Below, one piece after another: positions 17,376 through 24,714 of a stretch of DNA of 64,000 nt. Position numbers and translations under genes: made by a program. A model generated the notes under the pieces. That model was given only the letters and a program-made list of their open reading frames with translations, had not been told where the DNA came from and made no database searches. Origin of the DNA: an uncultured Propionibacteriaceae bacterium (GTDB lineage: Bacteria; Actinomycetota; Actinomycetes; Propionibacteriales; Propionibacteriaceae); assembly GCA_964402325.1 (NCBI GenBank), contig CAYOBI010000001.1, positions 8,466 to 72,465 on the forward strand, written 5' to 3'. The number at the start of each line of letters is the position of its first letter. Within the stretch, counting starts at the first letter, position 1.

Positions 17376-17617
17376 CTGCGCCGGGCCCAGCCCGGTGACG
17401 CGCATCTCTCCGGGCACGCCGAGGGCTCGGGGGGAGCCGCCGAAAGGCTGAAGTCTCCATCCAGACTTCGCGCCGGAATGACCCCTTTCGACGCTATCGG
17501 GGGCCAGAGGCTTGCCATTGTCCCGGGTGTGCCGTTTTATCATTCCCGAGTTGACTGTCACCACAACACGTGCGCGTGAGTATCGGGGGAACCGGCGTAC
17601 TGAGGGAACTGGGAGGA

Positions 17618-19204
17618 ATGGTGACCATGACACCACCGAGTCGTCGCTGGGAGCTTCGCGTGGCCGCCCTCGGGTTGGTCGCTGCCCTCGAGCTGGGGTA
17701 CGCGCTGCCGGCAGCCGCCGACCAACTCGACGACCGAAGACAGCAACTGCAGACGCAGGTCGACAGCGCGAGCGCTGCCGTGACCGAGTCCACGAAGAAG
17801 CTCGACGACGCCCTGGCCCGTCTGAAGGATGCTCAGGACGAACTGGCGGCCGCGCAGGCCGCCCTCACCGCGACGCAGGACCGGCTCACCGCCGCGAAGG
17901 CGGCGGACGCCAGGCTCGCCGACGAGTTGACCGCGGCCCAGGTGTCGCTGAACGACGCCGACGGGGCGGTCGAGGCCGGCCGACTGGCCCTCGACGGTCA
18001 GCGTCCGGCGGTCGGCGCCATCGCCCGGGACCAGGTCCAGCAACAGCACAACCTGATGGGCCTCGCCGTCCTGGTCGGCCAGGGCTCCGCGGCCGACCTG
18101 GCAACCCGGATGCAGTTGTCGACCACGATGCTGGACACGACCCAGGCCCAACTGGATCGCCTCGCCGGGATGCAGGCACAGCTCGAGGCGGCCCAGGCGA
18201 CCCAGGCCCAGGCCACCGCCAAGGTCGCCGCCGACCGGGCGGCGGCCGCGCAATCGTTGGTCACACTGAACCAGCTCGCGACCACCCAGGCGAACCAGCA
18301 GGTCACCCTGGCCGCCACGGTCCGGACCAACCAGCAGGCCGAGGCCTCGGCCCGGACGGAACTGGCGAAGGACAACCAGTCCTACCAGGACCTCACCGCC
18401 GCACGTGCCCAGGTCAGCGCCGACATCGCCGCCCGCGACGCCGCCGCCCGGCAGGCCGCCGCAGCCTCCTCCGCCATCACCCGGGCCACTGCCGGCACCG
18501 TGATGTGGCGCCCCGCCAAGGGGACGACCTGGCAGTGGCAGCTCACCGGTACTGTCGACCTCGGTATCGACGCCGCGGTCTTCGACCTCGACGGCTTCGA
18601 CACCTCGAAGGCCACGATCGACAAACTGCACCAGCAGGGTCGCAGGGCTATCTGCTACATCGATGCGGGCAGCTACGAGAACTGGCGCTCCGACGCCGGC
18701 ACCTTCCCCACCAAGGTGTTGGGCAACACGATGGACGGGTGGCCGGGTGAGCGCTGGCTCGACGTCCGTCAGCTCGACGTGCTGAAGCCGATCATGGCCA
18801 ATCGGATCCAGATGTGCAAGGACAAGGGCTTCGACGCGATCGAGGCCGACAACGTCGACGGCTACTCGAACTCGACCGGATTCCCGATCAGCAGTAGCCA
18901 GCAGATCGCCTACAACCGGATGCTGGCGGCTCTGGCCCACGAGCGCGGGCTGTCCATCGGCCTGAAGAACACCCCCGACCTCGTCGGTGACCTGCTCAAC
19001 AACTTCGACTTCGCGGTCGTCGAGCAGTGCTACCAGTACCGGGAGTGCCCGGCGTTCTCGCCGTTCATCACGCAGGGCAAGGCCGTCCTGCACGTCGAGT
19101 ATTCCGGGCCGCTCTCGAGGTTCTGCCCGACCACCAAGGCTCTGGGCTTCTCCTCGCTGCTCAAGCGACTCGACCTCGACGCCTGGCGCCAGGTCTGCCC
19201 CTGA
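17618..19204 (+). CDS. secreted coiled-coil domain fused to a GH114 glycoside hydrolase
   Basis: In frame with ORF 17570..19204. ATG 17618 follows GGGAGG. Signal peptide: RRWELRVAALGLVAALELGYALPAAA. About 290 aa are Ala/Gln/Leu/Asp-rich with heptad-like periodicity. A GH114 domain follows, with the same blocks as the upstream paralogue (TTWQWQL...GFDAIEADNVDGY...AVVEQCYQYREC...GKAVLHVEY). Confidence 0.8.
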   Translation: MVTMTPPSRRWELRVAALGLVAALELGYALPAAADQLDDRRQQLQTQVDSASAAVTESTKKLDDALARLKDAQDELAAAQAALTATQDRLTAAKAADARLADELTAAQVSLNDADGAVEAGRLALDGQRPAVGAIARDQVQQQHNLMGLAVLVGQGSAADLATRMQLSTTMLDTTQAQLDRLAGMQAQLEAAQATQAQATAKVAADRAAAAQSLVTLNQLATTQANQQVTLAATVRTNQQAEASARTELAKDNQSYQDLTAARAQVSADIAARDAAARQAAAASSAITRATAGTVMWRPAKGTTWQWQLTGTVDLGIDAAVFDLDGFDTSKATIDKLHQQGRRAICYIDAGSYENWRSDAGTFPTKVLGNTMDGWPGERWLDVRQLDVLKPIMANRIQMCKDKGFDAIEADNVDGYSNSTGFPISSSQQIAYNRMLAALAHERGLSIGLKNTPDLVGDLLNNFDFAVVEQCYQYRECPAFSPFITQGKAVLHVEYSGPLSRFCPTTKALGFSSLLKRLDLDAWRQVCP

Positions 19205-19236
19205 CCCGAGGAATCGATCGGCACTCCCCCTGATCG

Positions 19237-19272
19237 GCATCCCCCGGCGGTCCTGCGGCCACCGGGGGATGC
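19237..19272. terminator. bidirectional hairpin between convergent GH114 and xthA
   Basis: Perfect 11-bp stem GCATCCCCCGG (19237-19247) / CCGGGGGATGC (19262-19272) with a 14-nt loop. Confidence 0.6.
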
Positions 19273-19301
19273 TGCGTCCCGGGTCGTACGGCCCGGCCGG
19301 C

Positions 19302-20156
19302 TCAGCGGGCCTGGGGCAGCTTCACGCCGCGTCCGCGTTTCGGGGCGGACGGCGGCGGCACGACCGGACCGATGTCACCGTCGGGTGCCTCGTCGAGGTC
19401 CACCATCACCGGCGCGTGGTCACTGGGGCCGGTCCCCTTCCGAGCGGCCCGGTCCACCCAGGCGGCCCTGACCCGGTCGGCCACGGGCGCGGAGGCGAGC
19501 ACCAGGTCGATCCGCATCCCCAGGTCCTGGTGGAACATCCCCGCCCGGTAGTCCCAGTAGGAGAAGACCCTCTCGGTCGGCCAGTGGTCCCGGACCACGT
19601 CGACCAGGCCGAAGGCCGCCAGCCGTTGCCGCTCGGCAGTGGTGACGTGGGTCTGCCCCGCGTAGGCCGCGGGGTCGAAGACGTCGGCATCCGCCGGCGC
19701 GATGTTCATGTCGCCGCACAGGGCGACGTCGGCGGGACCTGCCGCGACCACCCGGGACAGGGCCTCGAGCCACGCGAGCTTGTAGGCGTAGTGGTCCGAG
19801 TCGACCTCCCGACCGTTCGGAACGTACAGGCTGTGCACCCGGACCCCGCCGCAGGTCGCACTGATCGCCCGCGCCTCGCGCAGCCCCGCGAAGTCGGGCT
19901 GGCCCTCGAAGCCGGCTTCGACGTCCTCCAGACCGACCCGGGACAGCAACGCCACCCCGTTCCACCGGCCCTGCCCGTGGTGCGCGACCCGATAGCCCAG
20001 CGCCGACAGCGGCCTGTCCAGCAGTTCCCCGAAGGCGTCGTCGGTCAGCTTCGTCTCCTGCAGGCAGACGACGTCAGGGCGGCGCTCCTCGAGCCAGGGC
20101 AGCAGCCGGGGCAGCCGCTGCTTGACGGAGTTCACGTTCCAGGTGGCGATCCTCAC
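19302..20156 (-). CDS. xthA: exodeoxyribonuclease III
   Basis: ORF 19302..20213. Motifs: RIATWNVNS, CLQETK, GDMNIAP, SYWDYR, SDHAPV. GTG 20156 gives the family-typical (M)RIATWN N-terminus. ATG 20192 is an alternative start. Confidence 0.9.
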   Translation of the reverse strand: MRIATWNVNSVKQRLPRLLPWLEERRPDVVCLQETKLTDDAFGELLDRPLSALGYRVAHHGQGRWNGVALLSRVGLEDVEAGFEGQPDFAGLREARAISATCGGVRVHSLYVPNGREVDSDHYAYKLAWLEALSRVVAAGPADVALCGDMNIAPADADVFDPAAYAGQTHVTTAERQRLAAFGLVDVVRDHWPTERVFSYWDYRAGMFHQDLGMRIDLVLASAPVADRVRAAWVDRAARKGTGPSDHAPVMVDLDEAPDGDIGPVVPPPSAPKRGRGVKLPQAR

Positions 20157-20332
20157 GGCAGTGACGCTACCGCCGATGGGCGCCGGTAACATCCGGCATC
20201 CAGCGGCCGTCACCGGCCCGGGCGCCTAGCCTGCGGGTGAGCTGTCGACGTCGAGCCGTCGCCGGCCCGCTCGCCGGCCCTCACCCTGGGCCCGGCCGTC
20301 CGTGCCTGATCCGCGATCCCCAGGAGCCTCCC

Positions 20333-20610
20333 GTGAGTACCCCCAGCGACATCATCCTGGGCCTGGACGTCGGCACGACGGCGGCCAAGGCCTCACTGTT
20401 CTCCCTGGAGGGCGACGTACGACTCACCGCTTCGCACGAGTACCCGCTGCTCATCGGTCAGCACCGCGATGCACGGCCTGATCGGTCGGGACGCCGGGCT
20501 GCGGCCGGTCACCGAACTGCTCACCTGGGCCGACTCCCGTGCCTGGGCCCAGGCCGAGGCCCTCAACTCCTCCAGCGCTACGGCCGGCTCGGCGCCGACA
20601 TCCGCTGACC
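20333..20610 (+). pseudogene. remnant of an FGGY-family carbohydrate kinase (gluconokinase/xylulokinase-like)
   Basis: Frame 1 (from GTG 20333 after AGGAG) reads DIILGLDVGTTAAKASLFSLEGDVRLTASHEYPL. A second frame (ORF 20469..) reads AMHGLIGRDAGLRPVTELLTWADSRA. About 45 codons between the two blocks and about 390 C-terminal codons are missing. Confidence 0.7.
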
Positions 20611-20638
20611 CCACTCGGTCGGGCGAGCCCGGGTGGAT

Positions 20639-21673
20639 TCAGGGCTGTCCGTCGAGGGACCGCAGGGTCTCGCTCGCCCCGGAGACGATCAGGTGGTCCC
20701 CCGCCTCGATCCGGTGGTCGTCCGGCGGCCGGTGGTCGTAGCGGCGCGATTCCTTGAGGATGGCCAGGGTGAAGATGCCCCTCGCGCGCAGCGCACCGAC
20801 GCTCACCCCGACCAGGTCGCTGCCCGGCGGGACCGGGACCTCCTCGATCGAGAAGTCCAGCTCGGTGTTCGACATCGCCGCATCGATGAAGTCGACCACA
20901 GCGGGCCGCAACGCGAGCTGCGCCATCCGGCGACCGCCCATCACGTACGGCGAGACGGCACGATCGGCGCCGGCCTGCTGCAGCTTCGCGATTCCCTCCC
21001 GCGAGCTGGCTCGGCCCACGATGAAGATGGCGGGGTTGAGCGAGCGGGCGGTGAGCACGACGAACACGTTGTCGGGATCGGAGTCGACGCAGGTGACCAG
21101 CCCGGCGGCCCGTGCGACCCCTGCCGCGACCAAGGTCTCGTCGGAGGTGGCACTGCCCGGCACGGTGGGGATGTCCTCCTCCGCCGCCCGGGTGCTGGAG
21201 GCCGGGTCCACGTCGACGACCACCACGTCGTACCCGGCGTCGAGGAGTTCCCGGGTCACCATCGACCCGACCCGGCCGAACCCACAGACGATGAAGTGAC
21301 CGGTCAGCCGGTCCACCCGCTTCTGCATCCGCCTCGCCTTCCTGGTCCCCGTCATGGCCCGCTGCATCAGCGCATCGGCCATCACGCCGACGGTGCCGAA
21401 CACCACACCCACCGACACGAAGGACAGCACGATCGTCCAGATCCTGCCGGCCCGGTCCACCGGGTGCTCACCGCTGAACCCGACGGTGGCCAGCACGTTC
21501 ACGGCCATGTAGAGGCCGTCGAAGAAGGTCCAGTCCGGCTGCGTCCAGTAGAACCCGAGCGCTCCCACGACGGTGACCGCGGCCATGATGCCGATCCATG
21601 CCACAATGACCCGCACTGCGGGGTCACGGGCCACCGTCCGCCACCACCGATCCCGTCGGAGGCGCTTCTCCAT
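20639..21673 (-). CDS. 2-TM pore-loop cation channel with RCK (TrkA-N/TrkA-C) domains; non-canonical filter TVGFSG
   Basis: ORF 20639..21673. The order is TM1, pore helix FFDGLYMAVNVLA, filter TVGFSG, TM2. Then come the Rossmann motif FIVCGFGRVGSMV and a C-terminal TrkA-C-like domain. Confidence 0.85.
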   Translation of the reverse strand: MEKRLRRDRWWRTVARDPAVRVIVAWIGIMAAVTVVGALGFYWTQPDWTFFDGLYMAVNVLATVGFSGEHPVDRAGRIWTIVLSFVSVGVVFGTVGVMADALMQRAMTGTRKARRMQKRVDRLTGHFIVCGFGRVGSMVTRELLDAGYDVVVVDVDPASSTRAAEEDIPTVPGSATSDETLVAAGVARAAGLVTCVDSDPDNVFVVLTARSLNPAIFIVGRASSREGIAKLQQAGADRAVSPYVMGGRRMAQLALRPAVVDFIDAAMSNTELDFSIEEVPVPPGSDLVGVSVGALRARGIFTLAILKESRRYDHRPPDDHRIEAGDHLIVSGASETLRSLDGQP

Positions 21674-21829
21674 GCCGAGATCCTAGGGCAACGGCCTCGG
21701 TGATCGACGGGCGCCCGGGCGGGGGAATCGCCGGGGCGGTTCGGCCGCCGATCGGCACCCTCGTGCCATGCTGGTCCGACACGGACGCCGTACGTCGTGA
21801 GGCGACGTCCCCTGCCGAAGGACCCTGAC

Positions 21830-22732
21830 ATGTCGATCGCCGGTCGTGCGCGTGCCGGCCTCGCCGCTGTGGCGGCTGCCGCCCTCCTGCTCACGGGATG
21901 TGCTCCGTCCCGTACTGCCGCCCCCGCTGCCTCGGCGAGCGCCGGGAGCACGGTCCTGCCGACGGCGACGGCCACAGACTCCCCCGCAGCGACGCCGACC
22001 ACACCCGCGACACCCGACGCCGCGGAATCAACCGGTCCCTCCCCGACCCCGTCCCCCACCACGGCCAGCCCGACGACGAAGGCCACCGGCGGTCCGGCGA
22101 TCCTCGAGCGCGGTGACAGCGGTGCCCAGGTGCGCGACCTGCAGGCCCGGCTCAAGCAGATCGGCTGGTTCTCCGGCGACGTCACCGGGACCTACGGCGA
22201 CGCTACCGCCAGTGCGGTCAGTGGGTTCCAGGCCAGGCGGGGACTGCCCGTCACCGGCGCGGTCGACCGGGCGACGCTCGACCGGCTCCAGGGGATGACC
22301 CGTACGCCCACCACCGCCGAGCTGACCAACACGGCTACCGTCGGGTCGTCCTCGACGGCCGGACTCGATCCCCGCTGCCTGACCGGACGGGCGATCTGTA
22401 TCAGCAAGACGACCCGGCAGCTGGTGTGGGTGGTGGACGGCGAGCCGAAGTTACGGATGGCCGTACGGTTCGGGTCGGAACTGACGCCCACCCGGGAGGG
22501 TGCCTTCCAGGTGGAGTGGAAGGCCAAGGACTGGGTGTCGACGATCTACCACACCCCGATGCCGTACTCGATGTTCTTCTCCGGCGGCCAGGCCGTGCAC
22601 TATTCCGCGGACTTCGCGGCCCGCGGCTACAACGGCTCCTCGCACGGTTGCGTCAACGTGCGCGACTACAACGGCATTGCCAACCTCTACGGCCAGGTGC
22701 AGGTCGGCGACAAGGTGATCGTCTACCGGTGA
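21830..22732 (+). CDS. L,D-transpeptidase lipoprotein with a peptidoglycan-binding domain
   Basis: In frame with ORF 21797..22732. ATG 21830 follows GAAGGA. Lipobox LLLTGC. PG_binding_1-like region: GDSGAQVRDLQARLKQIGWFSG...GLPVTG. YkuD catalytic motif: GSSHGCVNV. Confidence 0.85.
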   Translation: MSIAGRARAGLAAVAAAALLLTGCAPSRTAAPAASASAGSTVLPTATATDSPAATPTTPATPDAAESTGPSPTPSPTTASPTTKATGGPAILERGDSGAQVRDLQARLKQIGWFSGDVTGTYGDATASAVSGFQARRGLPVTGAVDRATLDRLQGMTRTPTTAELTNTATVGSSSTAGLDPRCLTGRAICISKTTRQLVWVVDGEPKLRMAVRFGSELTPTREGAFQVEWKAKDWVSTIYHTPMPYSMFFSGGQAVHYSADFAARGYNGSSHGCVNVRDYNGIANLYGQVQVGDKVIVYR

Positions 22733-22761
22733 CCGGCCGGCGACCCGGTCACCGGCCGGTC
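22726..22761. terminator. GC-rich alternative hairpins after the L,D-transpeptidase gene
   Basis: CCGGTGACCGG (22726-22736) pairs with CCGGTCACCGG (22745-22755). Alternatively GACCGGCCGG (22731-22740) pairs with CCGGCCGGTC (22752-22761). Confidence 0.4.
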
Positions 22762-22802
22762 GGAGGCGGAGTCACGGACCACATAACCCCTAGCTTTGCT
22801 AG

Positions 22803-22823
22803 TGTATCGATTGAGCTTATACA
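22803..22823 (+). promoter_or_regulatory. LysR-box-like dyad TGTAT-N11-ATACA in an AT-rich island upstream of the YeiH-like gene
   Basis: TGTAT (22803-22807) and ATACA (22819-22823) lie inside the only clearly AT-rich stretch of this region (about 22781-22826). The stretch also contains TAGCTTTGCTA and a TATACA -10-like hexamer. Confidence 0.25.
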
Positions 22824-22879
22824 TGTGGCAGGTTTCGCGCCCCGCTGCCTGCCCACGGATCTCGCCGAAAGGTACGCCC

Positions 22880-24292
22880 ATGTCCGATCCGTCCGGCCTG
22901 GACCTCACCAGGACCTCGACACCGGCCACGTCACCGCAGTCGTCCGCCTCCCCTCTGCCCCAGCCGTCCGACAGCCGTTCCCCCCTGTTGCGCAGTGAGG
23001 ACTGGTGGTCGGTCTGGGTGGGCCTGTTCCTGGTGGCCCTCGGCGTGCTGCTCTGGGCTGCCCAGGGGAGCCTCGCCGTGCTCACCCCGCAGATCCCCAA
23101 ATGGTCCTCGTTCGCGACGCTCGGGGCTCAGCTCGGCGCCCGCGCGGTCAACGTGGTCGCCCTCTTCCTCGTCCTCGGCGCCCTCTTCACCCTCGTCGCC
23201 CGGTTCCTCGGGCTCCGCCTGGGCCAATTCATCGCGGGATTCAGCGTCCTGTTCCTGGCGGCGCTGGTGATCAACATCTTCGCCACCTGGTCATGGGCGA
23301 GCGCTTACAACCTGGAAGCACCGATCGTCGCCCTCGCCCTGGGCCTGGTCGTCGGCAACCTCACCCGCGTGCCGGCCTGGCTCGACTCGGCCCTGCGGAC
23401 CGAGCTCTACGTGAAGGTCGGGATCGTGCTGCTCGGGGCGACGCTGCCGTTCACCCTGATCGTGAAGGCCGGCCCGGTCGCCTTCGTCCAGGCCACCGTG
23501 ATCGCGCTGGCCACCTTCCTGGTCATCTACTTCGTCGGCACCAGACTCCTCGGCCTCGACCAGCGCTTCGCCGCCACCCTCGGGGCGGGCGGGTCGATCT
23601 GCGGGGTGTCCGCGTCGATCGCCGTCGGCTCCTCGGTCAAGGCGAAGAAGGAGCAGGTGTCGGTCACGATCTCGCTGGTGGTGGTCTGGGCCGTCGTCGC
23701 GATCTTCCTGTTGACCGCGGTGTCCAAGGCACTGGGGCTTCACCCCGGGGTCGCCGGGGCGTGGATCGGCTCCTCGGAGTTCGCCGACGCGGCCGGCATC
23801 ACCGCAGCCAGCGCCTTCGGCGACCAGGGCCTGGCCGCCTTCACCCTCGTCAAGGTCGTGGGCCGCGACATCTTCATCGGGATCTGGAGCCTTGTCCTCG
23901 CCATCATCGCCATCACCTACTGGGACCGCCACGACGCCGAGGCTGCCGGGGCGCCGCGTCCCAAGGTGGACGTCGCCCAGGTCTGGCACCGGTTCCCGAA
24001 GTTCGTCCTCGGGTTCTTCGTCGGCTCCCTGGTGCTGACCCTGCTGATCGTGCTGGCGGGTGCCACCGCCTCGAAGGGGATCACCGCCGACGTGATCAAC
24101 CCGATCAAGGACATCAGGACCTGGGTGTTCACCTTCACGTTCCTGTCGATCGGGCTCACCACCCGCTTCCGTGACCTCACTTCGGTCGGCTGGCGGCCGC
24201 TGGCCGCCTTCAGTACCGGTGCGGTGGTCAACATCCTGCTGGGCTTCGGCCTGTCGGCCGGCGTGCTGGCGGGCTTCTGGTCGTCGTTGTGA
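22880..24292 (+). CDS. YeiH/UPF0324-family putative sulfate-exporter-type membrane protein
   Basis: In frame with ORF 22796..24292. ATG 22880 follows GAAAGG. A Ser/Pro-rich N-terminal tail precedes about 11 TM segments. The GAGGSICGVSASIAVGSSV block is typical of the family. Confidence 0.75.
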   Translation: MSDPSGLDLTRTSTPATSPQSSASPLPQPSDSRSPLLRSEDWWSVWVGLFLVALGVLLWAAQGSLAVLTPQIPKWSSFATLGAQLGARAVNVVALFLVLGALFTLVARFLGLRLGQFIAGFSVLFLAALVINIFATWSWASAYNLEAPIVALALGLVVGNLTRVPAWLDSALRTELYVKVGIVLLGATLPFTLIVKAGPVAFVQATVIALATFLVIYFVGTRLLGLDQRFAATLGAGGSICGVSASIAVGSSVKAKKEQVSVTISLVVVWAVVAIFLLTAVSKALGLHPGVAGAWIGSSEFADAAGITAASAFGDQGLAAFTLVKVVGRDIFIGIWSLVLAIIAITYWDRHDAEAAGAPRPKVDVAQVWHRFPKFVLGFFVGSLVLTLLIVLAGATASKGITADVINPIKDIRTWVFTFTFLSIGLTTRFRDLTSVGWRPLAAFSTGAVVNILLGFGLSAGVLAGFWSSL

Positions 24293-24302
24293 GGTGTGCC
24301 CG

Positions 24303-24629
24303 ATGAAACCCGACAACACCGTCTGCGTCGCCCGGACCATCGTCACCCTCGAGCTGACCCTCGACGGGGACCGTGGGGACGTCGACCTCGACGCACTCCT
24401 GCTCGACCTCGCCGCGGCGCAGTCACGCCTCGTCCGGACCTCGGCGATCATCAGCGCCCTGGCCGGCGCCGTGGGCGACCTGCGGATCCGACGGACCCGC
24501 GGCACCCTGGAGCTCTCCTCCGCCACCGCCGACGTCACCGGGGTCGAGGCCGTCCTCCGCGAGGCGGGCGCCGACCCGCGCGACTACCGTGTGGACGTGG
24601 AGTACGCCCGCCGCTGGGGCATGCTCTGA
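24303..24629 (+). CDS. small hypothetical protein (108 aa), coupled to the YeiH-like gene
   Basis: In frame with ORF 24171..24629. ATG 24303 lies 10 nt after the YeiH stop, with GAGG upstream. Composition is balanced (MKPDNTVCVARTIVTLELTLDGDRGD...). No family recognised. Confidence 0.5.
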   Translation: MKPDNTVCVARTIVTLELTLDGDRGDVDLDALLLDLAAAQSRLVRTSAIISALAGAVGDLRIRRTRGTLELSSATADVTGVEAVLREAGADPRDYRVDVEYARRWGML

Positions 24630-24650
24630 ACCCCCTCGGGGTCCGACACC

Positions 24651-24690
24651 GTGATCCCCGCCGCACCCTGTGGGGTGCGGCGGGGATCAC
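24651..24690. terminator. strong bidirectional hairpin
   Basis: Perfect 18-bp stem GTGATCCCCGCCGCACCC (24651-24668) / GGGTGCGGCGGGGATCAC (24673-24690) with loop TGTG. It sits between convergent genes. Confidence 0.7.
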
Positions 24691-24714
24691 GTTCGTCGAG
24701 CGTGTGCGGGCGGG

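Noticed and set aside
17551-17586. A sigma-70-type promoter (TTGACT plus a downstream -10) for the coiled-coil GH114 gene
   Set aside because: The -35-like hexamer is good. No TAnnnT -10 element lies at 16-19 bp spacing (the nearest is GAGTAT at 21 bp), so I do not call it as a feature.
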